Shown here piece by piece: positions 1 to 12,600 of a stretch of DNA of 64,000 nucleotides. Source of the stretch: Orbicella franksi (lineage: Eukaryota). The DNA lies in contig OZ116699.1 in assembly GCA_964199315.1 (NCBI GenBank), forward strand, positions 38,192,001-38,256,000, given 5' to 3'. The position numbers and the translations under genes are program-made. The notes under the pieces were generated by a model that ran no database searches, was not told the DNA's origin, and saw only the letters and a list, made by a program, of their open reading frames with translations. Numbering within the stretch: the first letter of the stretch is position 1; each line of letters starts with the position of its first letter.

Positions 1-219
1 CATGTCGTCCCGCCAAGTCCTCATGGTTCGCAACATTTGGTACCAGTCTCCGCACCAGAGGAGCCCGATTTGTCTGCTGTGCCACAATCGCAGATGCCTA
101 AAGTGTCCAGAACAGAAGAACCCGTCAAAGCTACAGAAGAACCCGCTAAAGCTCAAGTTCCAAAGTGTTATCCAACCAGAGTTCGAAGTAAACCAAAGCC
201 ATTAATTGAAGAAATTTAG
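1..219 (+). mobile_element. Probable C-terminal tail of an LTR-retrotransposon pol (post-integrase low-complexity tail), truncated by the window edge
   Basis: Pro/Glu/Lys-rich open frame ending ...PKCYPTRVRSKPKPLIEEI*, resembling the R-x-x-R-x-x-K-P tails of Gypsy pol. No catalytic motif is visible. It abuts a LINE fragment at 217. Confidence 0.35.
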
Positions 220-1520
220 GATGTCTATAAGTTCAGCCTATTATCAGGTTTTTTTGTTTATGGCGTTCAAGATCTACCCAGCACGCCTCCTCGTAAATTC
301 TAAATCACTGGAGAGATATAGGCCGACGCCTCCTGCCTGCGTTTTTGAATTAGTATTTACAAAACCATACCCTGGTATGTTTAAATTTGTATTTTCCCTC
401 ATTTTACTTTCGGAAATTGCAATAATATCCGGTTGAGTTTCAACTGTTTGTAGGATATCATGCAATAAGGATATGTTTTCCCCAGGCTACGAATGTTGCA
501 GTGTAAAACTGAAAATCCGTTTCGCTTCGCGGCATCATTAAACAGTCTGCAGATTTATTTATCGTATAATATTTCGATTCGATATAGTCCTCATGCGAGC
601 TTTTCAATGCATCATCTCTGTCGGGGGATTCAATAATATCCCGATATAGATCGATATTTTTTTAGAAAGCCGATCAGTTGAATGATAGATCCAAGAACAT
701 GTGGTTTTAAGAAAATCAATTTGGTCCAGATCTTAAAAAGGAAATGAATAAATTATATTGTTATCATCATTATAACCTGACATAAGGAAATGGTCTGCTA
801 CTTATACTTAAGGTCTAGTTTAAGATGTATACGGCTATGTGATATAGCACGGAGTCTACTTATCTTTGTGAGAAACCAAATGATCAGTTTCCATTGGAGG
901 CTGTGCATTAGTCAGTGACGAAGACTTCGCTCAAAGTCTGCCAACTGTTCGTGTGTGTAAATCACTACAGGTTTGGACCTTTCCGCTTCTTTAAGAAAGA
1001 TACGGCTGTTCTGGGTCCACATATGCTTCCATCTTAGCGTCTTCTTTAGATTATTAACATCTTCTTTAGATTGTTAACATTCCCAAAAAGATGTTTTTTA
1101 TACCTTGTTAATGACTCAGATATATAGATCTTCTCCTCCTCTTCCAAACCAAGCCCAGGGAGTTTGTTCGTCTTCTTGTTGATTAACTTTCGGCGATTTG
1201 GGTAGAAGGCATCCCCTGCATCACGCCGAGTGAATTTCACTATGATTCTCGGTGGAGTATCCGAGTTGTGGGACAGTAGAGGGTGGGAGGTAGATATATC
1301 CTCTTCTTTAATGGGGACGTCGATGACTCGACCGACGGCAATAACGATGTCGTTGCTGGTGCAATTTTCACTGGGAGGAATACCCGAGATCTCGAGACAG
1401 TAGTCCCTGCTCGGAAAGTGCGCGAGGTTTTCAAGGCCCATGCGCAAGGTTTTCAAAGACCACGCTTTTTCATGTTCAAGTCAGCTTTGTATGATTTTAA
1501 TTCAAAATTTTGTTTCAACC
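217..1520 (-). mobile_element. Degenerate CR1/L2-group LINE, 5' part (ORF1 plus ORF2 APE endonuclease N-terminus)
   Basis: ORF 1046-1456 has L1-type RRM motifs (SRDYCLEISGIP, IIVKFTRR, IYISESLT), followed by KWKHMWTQNSRIF. Downstream on - are APE motifs HCNIRSL, IIAISESK, GGVGLY and CWVDL...YRHP, with frameshifts and stops. Confidence 0.85.
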
Positions 1521-1746
1521 CGAGTTGAAATAAAGTTACTTACTTACTTATATCTGTTACTTGTTCGCTCCTGATCTTTTTTGATACAGAAAGAGGGAGA
1601 TAAAATGAAGTAGGCTTTCCAAGAATCCCTGGGAGCAGGCATAGAAAGCATATGGTATCGTTTAGTTTGGTGTCGTTTGTGTTACCCGCGATCGTCTCCT
1701 TGAGTATTGTCATCCTTCATATTATGATAAGCAAATGCCATATACG

Positions 1747-2180
1747 TTTCTGGCTCTTCCAGGTTAAAGTCCTGGCATCATTGTAAGCCCGAGTATTTCT
1801 GGGATATTTTATAATATATACCATGATTATTATTTAATTTTTGAGATGTGAGTTTAAGTATTTACAATGCAGATATGTATGTATTATATATCCTTTCTGA
1901 TTCATTCAGGTTGAATTCCTGACATCAGTGTATGCCTGAGTATTTCTGGGATTTATAACATGTTTAGTATTTAATTTTTGAGATGTAAGTTAAAATATCT
2001 AGGTATTTGTTAAATATCCTTTCTGGTTCATCCAGGTTGAATTTCTGGCATCTCTGTATGCCTGAGTATTTTTAGGATGTATAGCATGATTAGTATTTAT
2101 TTAAATTTAAATTTTGAGATGTGAGTTGAATCTGGGTATGTGTTATATAATATCCTTTCTGGCTCATCCAAGTTGATCCA
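1747..2180 (+). repeat. Degenerate tandem repeat, ~126-147 bp period, ~3.3 copies
   Basis: Recurrent TTTCTGG(C/T)TC(A/T)TCCAGGTT...CCTGAGTATTT...TTTTGAGATGT(G/A)AGTT, with unit starts near 1747, 1894, 2020 and 2156. Confidence 0.75.
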
Positions 2181-2672
2181 CTATCTCAATTCTTGGTTTT
2201 TAAAATTCCTTAACTCTAAGACTCTCTAGGCAGTCATTAATATTTGCCAGGAAGTTGCTGGAATTTTGGGCATATATACACATGTATTGCTTTTCTGTTT
2301 TCCCCACAATTTTGATCGTTAGCTTTTAACTGTGAATTGAAAAACTGATGTGTTCACCATTTATCAACTAGTGTTGCATTACATGCACCTATATCGTTAA
2401 AACATCATCCCATTTCCACACCCTGTTTTCCTTTTTCCTTGGAAAGTTTTTAAAATCTACATCAGGTTGTACATGTACAAGCCATTTCTTGTTTCACTGT
2501 TGCTTTGTCCTTGTAATCTTTTTCCTGCAAATGGAAACATGGAAATGCAACGGAAATACAAATGGCCAACTTAACCCTGCCGCAAAAAAACCCGTAGAAA
2601 TTCACATGCTCTTTCATTTGAGAATCGTGTACATTTGATTTATATGCATGGCATGAAAATTTAAGTATTTAC

Positions 2673-2801
2673 CTCTTTTTTGACGTTATACTCCATGCAC
2701 TGAGTTGCCCTAAATTGCAGTAGAACTGAGGACTTCAACGGAAGCCCGCGGCAAACCCGCGAAAAAGAATGGCTACAGAAAGCAGCTCCTAAGCACGCCA
2801 T
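2673..2801 (-). CDS. Candidate first coding exon of a leftward gene (mitochondrial presequence-like N-terminus)
   Basis: acaATGGcg start, then MACLGAAFCSHSFSRVCRGLPLKSSVLLQFRATQCMEYNVKKE (Arg/Ser/Leu-rich, no acidic residue in the first 36 aa), then GAG|gtaaat donor in phase 0. A possible next acceptor tttccatttgcag lies at 2525. No homology recognised. Confidence 0.35.
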
Positions 2802-4762
2802 TGTACGGAGAAAAAAAATATTTCGTTGATATCAGCTAGGTGTTGTCCCATGAAACTCCCATCTTCATCATGGTCGAACCGCGCGTGTGCTACTCCGAGT
2901 TACAGAGCCAAAACTAAATAACATAACGATCGTGTCAACTCCAGGGTGAAGCGACGGTCAGCTTGCTCGTCCCTTTCAAAGTTTTCATCGAAATTTACCG
3001 TGATAATCGTAATTTATTGCTTATAAGCTTAACTTAATACCAGTTATTTGCCAATATCATCAAATAAAGTTCAGTAAATTATTATTTGTGTTCCAGTTAA
3101 ACTTCCTCGTCAATAAAAACAAAATGTCAAAGTCGTTATCAGGGAATAACGCCAAAATGGGCAGTTTTCGCTATCCATCAGTATGATAATAAAAAACTTA
3201 TAATAGTCTTTTCTCTAGCAAGTTAAATGGCAATTTGGACGCATTTTATTTTTGTCGTTCCGCTATAAAATCAATATGCAATGTTTTCACTTGTATAATA
3301 ATTTCCAATCAGTAATGGTACGAGAAATGACATACACCCTTTTTCATGAGAATATTGTTTTTTCCGGCCGAGGCAGAATATTTTTATTTTTCTGGCTGTT
3401 TTAGTAAGAAAATATTCTTGTGAATATTTTCCGATTATAGCGTATGACATATCTGTTTACCAATGTATTTGGTGTCTGGATGGTGTTTAAGTAATTTTGG
3501 AGTCAGTCTCCAGGTATTTTAAGACTTAAAGCCTGATGTCACGCACATAACGTGTTGCCGGAATATTAATAGCATCGAACATAATGCTAATGCTGTTTTT
3601 TGTTGCTTTCTGGCCAGTTTTGCCGTTTAGAGAAATGAAGAATTTTATACGTTCAAGTTAGATACATATAATTGTACTGTATTTACAAATTTTTAACACA
3701 CAAAATTATATTCTCTGCCTTGGGTTTATTCTTAAAATGTCCTTAAAATAAATAAAATAAATAAAGAGAGTAGGGGATTGCCGCTTTTTTCGCGCACCCT
3801 TTCGTTACAACACATCGAATTTAGTGAGTCCACGTTGATCCACCATTACAGACCCAACATTTCTTTTCTTCATACCTGTCTCAGAGACTCATAGCATTCA
3901 GTGAATGGGCCGTTACGTCTCAAACTTGAAAAGCAACATTTTGCATCGAATATAGAATTTCCTGGCGCTCAAATTATAAAGTTTGTTGAATCGGAGAACT
4001 TTTAGTGAAGCTGAAATTAAAACGATTTTCCACCATTGTAAAAATCCTCCCTTGCGACATTTTTAGAACCAGAGCAAAGCAGAGCGGGTAAGAAAATGCT
4101 AAATAAACGAACTCTCACGCTTTCGGACATAACTTTCAAAGATAACATATTTGTGCGAAAGTTAACCCACAGAAACGGTCAATGACATGGATTTAATTAC
4201 AGTGGAGTGTTGTTGAAGGACTAAAAGTTCTACATCACCACGGATTCTCAGGTCTGTATTTTGGTTGCTGTGAACGTCTAGCTCGTTGAATAAGACTCGC
4301 CTTCATTAAAACATTAATCGGTCTAGATCTCTAAGCAAACAACATTGACAGTGCCGAAACACGGGCGCAAATACAATATTTACTTTCCTAATCGATGTTC
4401 ACTTAAGCTAGTCACGGAACTGTTCTGTAATGTTCCTATTAAAGGTTTTCTAAAGCCTACGTTGGGTGTGAAAACCCTTTCTCTGATACAACACACCAGG
4501 TAAGAAGCCTTGGTATGGTCGAGCCAGGGAAACCAACTGAAATAATTGAATTTTATTTTAAGATATTATTAATGCAAATTTAATGTCCCCTTTTGTATTT
4601 TCTTAGCTGTTTCTGACTTTAATTTGTAAAGGAAAAGCAATCGTTTCCTTTAACTGTTGATTGAATCCGATTCGTGATCATGAAGATAAGACGAGAGTTG
4701 TTTGTATAGGTGCGTGAAAATGTGTGCCAATGCTACACGTAACACCTCAATCACGAAAGACC

Positions 4763-4865
4763 GTGTTTGACCACGTTTCCAAACACTGAGAGGAGAGTTG
4801 AAAACACTTCGCCCAGCATAGTATTTTTGACGACCTTCGAGGTGTTTGGAAATGTGGTCAAACAC
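4763..4865. mobile_element. Short palindromic MITE-like repeat
   Basis: GTGTTTGACCACGTTTCCAAACAC ... GTGTTTGGAAATGTGGTCAAACAC inverted arms. Confidence 0.65.
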
Positions 4866-7800
4866 TGCTTGTACCGTTTGGTATATATTATCAATCGAAA
4901 CTAAGGCTAAGGAGAAAGCGGAGGAACAAAAGCGTAAAAATATATGTTAATTAATTTCAGATACCCCAACAGGGTCACGGTCATGGATGTAGCAAATTAA
5001 ATCTGTCCATTAAAACACTGAGCCGAAGGAGATCGACTGAAAGTAAAACAGTGATATTTATTACATTCTAAATTAATGTAGGCCATAAAAGAACCATCTT
5101 CATTTACCTTTAGATATTTTCTTGCCATCGACAAACTGTAGCGAGCTTAATTTAAAAATTGCTGCTTGAATTGTGGTGTTCAAATTTACAAGTAAAAAAC
5201 ATTGCCAAGTCTAAGACTTTGAAATTGCGGATTTTCATCTGAAAATAATTTAGTTCATAAAAATTATATCTGGAATATTTAAGAATATATACAATTACCG
5301 AAAATGGCGCAAAATATACAGTAGAACTGGTAAATTCAGCTGGCATCGTCAAAACACGAACCCATTCCATTTTGCATGTTCAGCAGATTACGAACTACTC
5401 TTGATAATGCATTTTTCTAAACTTCCACTTCAGTGAAGGTAGCACCCTCTAATATAACTACAACAAAACGCCATTTTGTCTGGAAGTTTCAACAGAAGTT
5501 TTTGATCGTTTTCAGTTTCAAAATATCTTTAATAAAGTTTTTATTTTATTTACAAAGAACTTCTAAACAACAAAGCGTAACCCAAGTATATAGCACAACG
5601 CACTTATTTAGCCTTTGCTGTTATTTGGCAAAGGTTTCATTCAGTGTAAATATGATTTAACCGGTTCAGTTCTTTATGCTTTGGCTCTGTTTGCACTTTT
5701 TGCATTTTGGCTATGTTCTGTAATAAAACAAACGCTGCAGCGAGCACGTCTAAGCTTCTTTTGGGCTGCTCCAAGAGCTCTCTTATGCACCATTTGCCAA
5801 TCAAAGTGGCTATGAGCCACTCAAATGTTCGTCTGTAAACAGTGACGATTTCGGTGCCACTGACTTGAGGTTTCAATCCGTACGTTAAGTTAAATTTTAA
5901 TTCTACTGGCAAAACGCAACGTTTAGAGGATACACGAGGAGATGTAACACCGTTGAAAACATTCATGAAGTTATTGGTGATCCTCGTCCGAGACAATTAA
6001 TTAAAGTACGACTTCTTGTCCGATCAGGGGGGGGAGGGGGGTTCTGCATGCTTGGATGGCTTAGCAATTTCGTATACCCCATGTTGTAATAAGTTTTTTT
6101 TTCTCTTGTTTTCCTTCCCTTTCCAAGGCGATATTAGTGACTACTGAACTTCCAGTCTTGTGTAATTAATGTCTTTTTTTCTATTTATCAACTATTTTGT
6201 TCAACTCACTTCGCAATGTCCATATTCATCTTTGAAGTATTTATTTACAATACTGTATAAATAATAGCGAAACGCGTCGTTCGAATTCTCCTCAATTCTC
6301 TTGTGTGTTGATCTCTCCATCGAGTACGCAAGTCGGGTCTACAAGTGCCCACGGGATCCTTTCTTGAACAGTGGCTAGTAATCGAACCCATTCCGTTTTA
6401 AGTGGTATGTTTTAGGAGTCTTATGAAGCTTGAGTAATGCCCACATTAGTCTTCTTTAAGAGTCGAATTCAAATTTTCCGACGAGCATCCCTGACCTCCT
6501 CATATGGGAGTTCCCCCCAAGGATTCCAAATGTCCAACAGGAAGTGACCCAATGAAGGAGTGAAGGAGTGAAATCGTCCCACTACTACAAGCCGGAAAAT
6601 ATAAATATTTTCCAAGTTAAGAAGGAGGTGGTTTTCTTCAATAGGAGGTAAGTGCACGGCTTTTCGCACACTCAAAAGTGTCTTTTTTAACTCAATATAT
6701 AGTACTTGCTCGCTGTTTACGATTTTTTATAAATATAATGAAAGTTAGACATTGATTCTTCGATAGGACTCCTTAACTAACGCCCGTTATAACTGAGATT
6801 GCTAAGCTTAAGTACAACGTGGACCGATATAATGTTCAGCTCATTTGTAAATTGTTAGGTAAATACGGACGTCTTAGTTTCCTACTTTTAAGCCTTTTTT
6901 TTATCTTTATTACTTTTGCACGCTTCATTAATTATTTGAATCTCTTCTTTTCCTGTACAAGTATATTCTCCAGTTATATGCATGCACTTTCTCGTTGTCA
7001 AAGTAAGACTTCCTCGTAAGTTGACTTCTATATGAATAAAAGATATATTTTGACCTATTGCACTAAGTTAATAACTCGGGCTTCCGTAGGAAATCCTGAC
7101 TCATAAAATATAATGCAAGTCGTTTTCTGTTGGTAGCCAAAGGGGGATCATGGTCCCAAGCGTTCCTAGCGTAGAGCGTGAAAACGGCGGATGTGACAAC
7201 TTGCTTAATGTTTGGTTGCTCTTCGCCAACAACGTAATGTATAGAATGCCGTGTTTTGTGAAGAACGTTTGGGTAAAATTTGTGCGTTCATCTCACAAAC
7301 AAAGATGTCGATCGTTTTCGGAACGGGTCGCTCCACGAATTATATCGCTCAAACGCCTGCCAAATGCGCAATTCTCGCGAGATAACAAATGAGCCATGCA
7401 CGAATTCAGACTACGAAAACACTGAAAACTATATGATGCTGAGTCGAACGCCTGAGATGTTGAAAAAATCAAGAATCGTCGTAAACAAAACTCAGGACAG
7501 TTCAGAGATTTATTGTGTTCAACAAGTTTACTTGTAAAATACGATTTGATATTGCGGTGCGGAGCCCGAGTAAAATGCTCATAGAGCGTCTAGTTATAAA
7601 GATAAAATCTCACGCGAGTAAACATTCTCAGTTTCGAACTAGCTACAAAGCTCTGATTCAGTGCTGTAAGAGTTGACTGTCCGATTAGCATGTGTAAAAA
7701 TATATAGATCGATTTAGGTTAGCGTTAAATCGGAGCTCCACATTCAAAATACATTGATTCATGCACATTCCAAGCCTATAGACGATATTCTTCTACAGGT

Positions 7801-9511
7801 GCTCAATTGGAATAAACTAGACTTGCTAAAACTGGAATCTCAATTCCTCCGGCTTATTTTACGCGACAACAGTGGTTCAAAGGCAACATAAACACGGCGC
7901 CGTTTGATGGGATCGTTTGTATTCAAAATGCCAAAGAGGAAGACATTTTTGCCTTGGTGCACGCACAACGTACCGAGTTGCTATCTTTGTGCCATTTTTC
8001 CAGCCCATCAGCTTTTATCTGCTCGTTCACTTGTTGAGAACTAAAAGCCAAAGAATACATAAATATCCCCAGAGGAAGGGGAAAATAGTTTTGGCTACAT
8101 CCAGTGCTGGATCTTAAATCCTATTATAATAGAGTTTCCATATAACGCGCACTCTGACTGGCTGAAACAGCGTGCTTTATCAGAGAACAGAGCATGGGTT
8201 GGCTTTCAAATTTTTGCTTCGGAATTTTGACAAATTTGACCCAAATTAAACATCCTCTGTGACTCAGACAAACGCAGTGGAAACAAGCTATTTGTCTGCA
8301 ATGAATATGGCTCACAGAGACCATTGTTAGCAACAGTAGTGTTAAAACTGTACTAAAATAACAAGTTTTGCTAGATTCCCGCCGACAAAATACGTAGCGA
8401 AATAAACAAATTCTCAACCTAAACAGTGCTTCGATAAAAGACATTATATTTGTTACGAAGGCAGAAATTATACTTGTTATTCAAACTCTTTAGCGACGAT
8501 ATGGAACTAAATTTATTCTCCAAAACAATTACTGTATAAAAAATAATAACAATTTTATTCTCTGAAAATTTTACGGAAATCATGACTGAAAATACTCACC
8601 GTATGCATCGGAGGTCTAAATGAACAAACAAGGCCACGACATTGACTGCACAGCTGCTTGCACAATTAGACAAAAATGAATTATCGCACGGATTGAATTT
8701 AATTGAATATAAAGTTCTACTAATATTTCCCCAGCTGTTGCTATGGTTCCTTAAACCTAATTAAATGCTTGCTCTTTAGTTTTGACCAAAATAGGTTCGT
8801 TCAAAATAATCCAGTTTTAGCAAACATCTTAGCCTGACAAAAGTCCAATGCTTGAAGTAGGGGTTGGATTATTCAGAATGATGTTCACGTTGCCGAAAGT
8901 TTAGCAAAAGAAACTCGCAGCTAAACTCGACGGAAATTCTGCAGCTAAAATGAAACTGCACACGTCGCACGCTTTGTTATTAAACTCCCTTTTTACTTTA
9001 ATGGCCTAATGGATCTCGAGGAGTTGCCATCTAAACGTCTGCTTTTTGCCTTGTTTTAACCCACGCCTCATCGGTTAACTGGTTTTTGGAAAGTAAACAG
9101 TTTGGTTCAAAAATTCTCCACTTACGTATAGGATTTTAGTAACCAGCAAGCCTCTTCATAATTTCCCTTATTGGCCCCTATAGAAACTGCTTTTTCTGAT
9201 ATCGATTAAAACTTCTGGTCCCTTCGTCATCTTTAAATTAGTTGCTCAACATTATAAAAGGAAGATATCATTATTTCTTTGGTTCAAACAAAGTCTCTTT
9301 ACCTGGTGTAGGGAATCACCCCTAAAATAAATATATAATTAATTGAGACAATTATGGAGTTTACCAAAGTTATTGATTTTAAAGAACATTTCCGTGAGAT
9401 GGTAGCATATGTGCACCTCCATTAGGATTGAAATATTTGAGTGGAAGTTCCCGCAAGGTCATATTTGTTATTTGTTAATGGACAGAGTCTTATTTCTCAA
9501 GCCTGCGTGGG

Positions 9512-9548
9512 CATAAATATGGCCCTGAAACAAGGAACCTTTTCATTC
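9512..9548 (+). promoter_or_regulatory. Candidate TATA box plus initiator of the MAM-trypsin gene
   Basis: CATAAATA at 9512-9519 and Inr-like TCATTC with A at 9545 (~32 nt spacing), 22 nt before the signal-peptide ATG. Confidence 0.4.
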
Positions 9549-9566
9549 ATCTTTGATTGTCTCAAG

Positions 9567-9612
9567 ATGATATTGCTGGTTTTGCTGCTGCCGCTAGGAA
9601 GCGTTGTAACGG
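9567..9612 (+). CDS. Exon 1, signal peptide [15 protein letters not shown](A)
   Basis: aagATGa start, hydrophobic core, phase-1 donor ACGG|gtgagg. G+CC of the next exon gives Ala, then FKCNF. Confidence 0.8.
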
Positions 9613-12600
9613 GTGAGGGAATTGCACGCTCTTATTATTAGAGTATATCGTTGAAAAATTGGAGCTGGGTTTGATCCCACTCATTGATTCGAACACATCG
9701 CACAATCCTCGTAAATTAAGTACCGTAAAATACTGATCATGTTTCCCTGACTTAGTTTTGTTTGTTTGGTTCTTTCAGAGATAGTGAGCTCTTTCCTAGA
9801 GTTGGCTTGTTTTCGATCGGGTTGATATTCAGTAGGGCGGATCATACCATAATTATAATGATTGGAAGTCCAAGAACTCAGCTTTTAACAAGGCGCTCCG
9901 AGGGCTAAGAAAGGCCTTTCTAAGAAATTGCTACATCATTACTGGTTTGGTCCTTGTATTATAGAAATGTGGAGTATGCCAACTGCCAGCGATACAGTTC
10001 TGCTGTGACACAATATAATGAAACCATTCATCAGTCCAAGCCTAAAGATCAATTGATCTACTATATTCAATTTATATTTATGAAAATGAAATTATATGAC
10101 GGATACGAAAGTACATGGATTTTCTCAAGGCCAAATTTCAGACCTCATTCGATCGAACAAGAAAAGCTTCAGCAGTTTACAACATAAAGAGGACGAATGT
10201 AGGCCATCATAACCTGATGCAACCTTCAAAGCATTTTACTAGATCTTAATGACGACAGTCATTTCTGTGGAGGTTGAGCGTGGCGCAGTGGTTAAGACGA
10301 CGGTCTTGAATCTAAAGGTCGCAGGCTAATATCTCGTGCTGACCACTAGCTGCTGTTGTTCTTGAGACTCTCAGCCGTGCTTGTATATTCCTCCAAACAG
10401 CTGGGGTTGTTATCCACAATTTTGTTCATTTATTTGATTTGATTCATTGTTTGTTTCATTTGGCCGAAAAAAGTAAAGACGTGGTCGATCAATTTATAAG
10501 ATTGATTTATAAGATATTTATTTATTAGATCTTAAATGCGAACACCGAGTCGCCTTTGCTTCTGATCAAAACTGTGGATTACCGCCATTTTTTTTTTAAT
10601 TTTCAGCCTTTAAATGCAACTTCGATACATCCATGTGCGGATTTGCTCAGGATAGCAATGATAAGTTTGACTGGACACGACGTAAAGGAAGTACTCCGTC
10701 TAGAGCTACGGGACCATCCGTTGACCACACTACTGGAAATGGTATGAAAAGGTTTCCTTGATTGCATCTTCTTCCTTTACTTCTTTTAAATAAACGAGAG
10801 TGATGTCATTTATTGTAACGGGGGAGTTTTATACCCAAAGGAGAGGATCTAAAACTGAATCGATCGAGGTTATAAAAATACCGTTTTAACAAAGGTCATG
10901 TAATTTTAGATCGTAAATAAGGTAGGATAGTCTTTCAAACTCAACAGAGTTCAAAAAGCTTCTTTCTCATTGGTAATATAACAATAAGTGATTGAAGTTG
11001 ACACATTGGGTTTGCAGCAACACAAAAATTGAACAAGAAATTCCAGTCCTTTACTACCTACATACTTTAATTGTAACAGGTTAAGCGTTGACTACTTGAC
11101 TTAATCAGTATAGATATGCATTTGGCACGAGTGCACAACTGAAGGGCATAAAAGGCTAATTGCCTTCATCACGTTTAAATGAAGTTGTAAATAATTCCCC
11201 TTTGCCTATCCCTACAGGATACTACATGTACATTGAAACATCAAGCCCTCGACAGCAAGGTGACAATGCCAAACTAAACAGCCCCAAGCTGCAATTCAGC
11301 GGGAGCATGTGTCTGCAGTTCTACTACCACATGTATGGTGCGGACATTGCGACGCTAAATGTCATAATTAATGGGAACAACGTGTTCACCGCAAGTGGGA
11401 ATAAAGGTAACAAGTGGCTAGGAGCGGCTATTGATGTCAGTTTATCAGGACAACATGCGGTAAGATATATTATCATGCCTTTTGGAGGGTTCATCGTTTA
11501 TTCCAATTGTAACGACTTTACGTTGTATTTTTTGGTACTCGAGGTCAGCCACAGCACATGGTGCTTTTTCTTTGTTTTTGAGAACAACACATTCAAAAAA
11601 TTCACTGTACGCTTTCGGGTAGTCAGAAAAGAGATAGTGAGTTCAATGTATAATTATATGAATTATTGTCATTTCATCAACTCCCATGCCATCCGTTACC
11701 CTAGCCAGATAAACGATTTTGATATTTTGTTAACTTTAATTGGCTATTGGCGTGCAATTGTTTAGTTAGCATCGTGCTCCAACTCAGATGCTTTTTGTTG
11801 TCATTTTAAATGCTTTTACTACATGGCTAGCTCCGCGAGCAGGCAGGATGAATCAAATCCTGCGCTGTGATTGGCTACCCGAGCGGACAAGATGGAGCTA
11901 TCTTGTCCGCTCGGGACTACCCGCCGTGTCCCGCAAGAAAAATTTCCCCGAAAGCCATATAATAAATATGGGTTATTGACCAAGTGTGAGGTCAAGATGG
12001 CTGGATATTGGCCTCGTTCCTTTTTTGCGAGTTTATGGACCTCGACTCCATCTCGGTCCATAAACTCGCAAAAAAAGAACTTGGCCAATATCCAGCCATC
12101 TTGACCTCACGCTGGGTCAATAACCCATATATCTTCATCTCTTGATCTCTTGTAATGGTTGTAGGTTACATTTGAAGGAATACGGGGCAGTGATTACCAG
12201 GGTGACATCGCAATAGACGACTTTTTGTTGGAACAAGGGTCGTGTCCTTTAAGTGAGTAAATAAAAGTGCAACTGATATAGAGCCTTTCACAAAATGCTC
12301 TCAATTATATATTGTTATCTAAGTATTAATATTACGGTCTAGAAACTATTCTCGTTATTGAGTTGATAACTAAAAAGAATTTTCCTTCTCAATCGAGTTT
12401 AGTCAGGTTAATTTAAATGTATACAATATAATTTTTCCTTAGGCAACCATTGTTTTTAAAATGGTCTATACAAGAAACTGATTGATGCATAAAATTGCTG
12501 ACACTTTTACGTTAGATTCATGATCCAAGGGGCAAAGCAATTTAGAGTTGAGTGAATTGAAACATGCATGTGGCATGGATACTTCTGCTATATCCATGAA

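Noticed and set aside
5637-8444. ORFs at 5637-5996, 7150-7537, 7917-8117 and 8124-8444
   Set aside because: No recognisable motifs or consistent splice structure. The region appears dominated by non-autonomous repeats.
11160-11765. The 126-201 aa ORFs overlapping each MAM exon B (also 13456, 15349, 17269, 19222, 22273, 24371, 26479, 28572, 36493) as separate genes or retained-intron isoforms
   Set aside because: They start at non-ATG codons or internal Mets and run through the GTAAGA donor into intron. The read-through tails vary in frame and length between cassettes (1-bp indel in 3 and 4).
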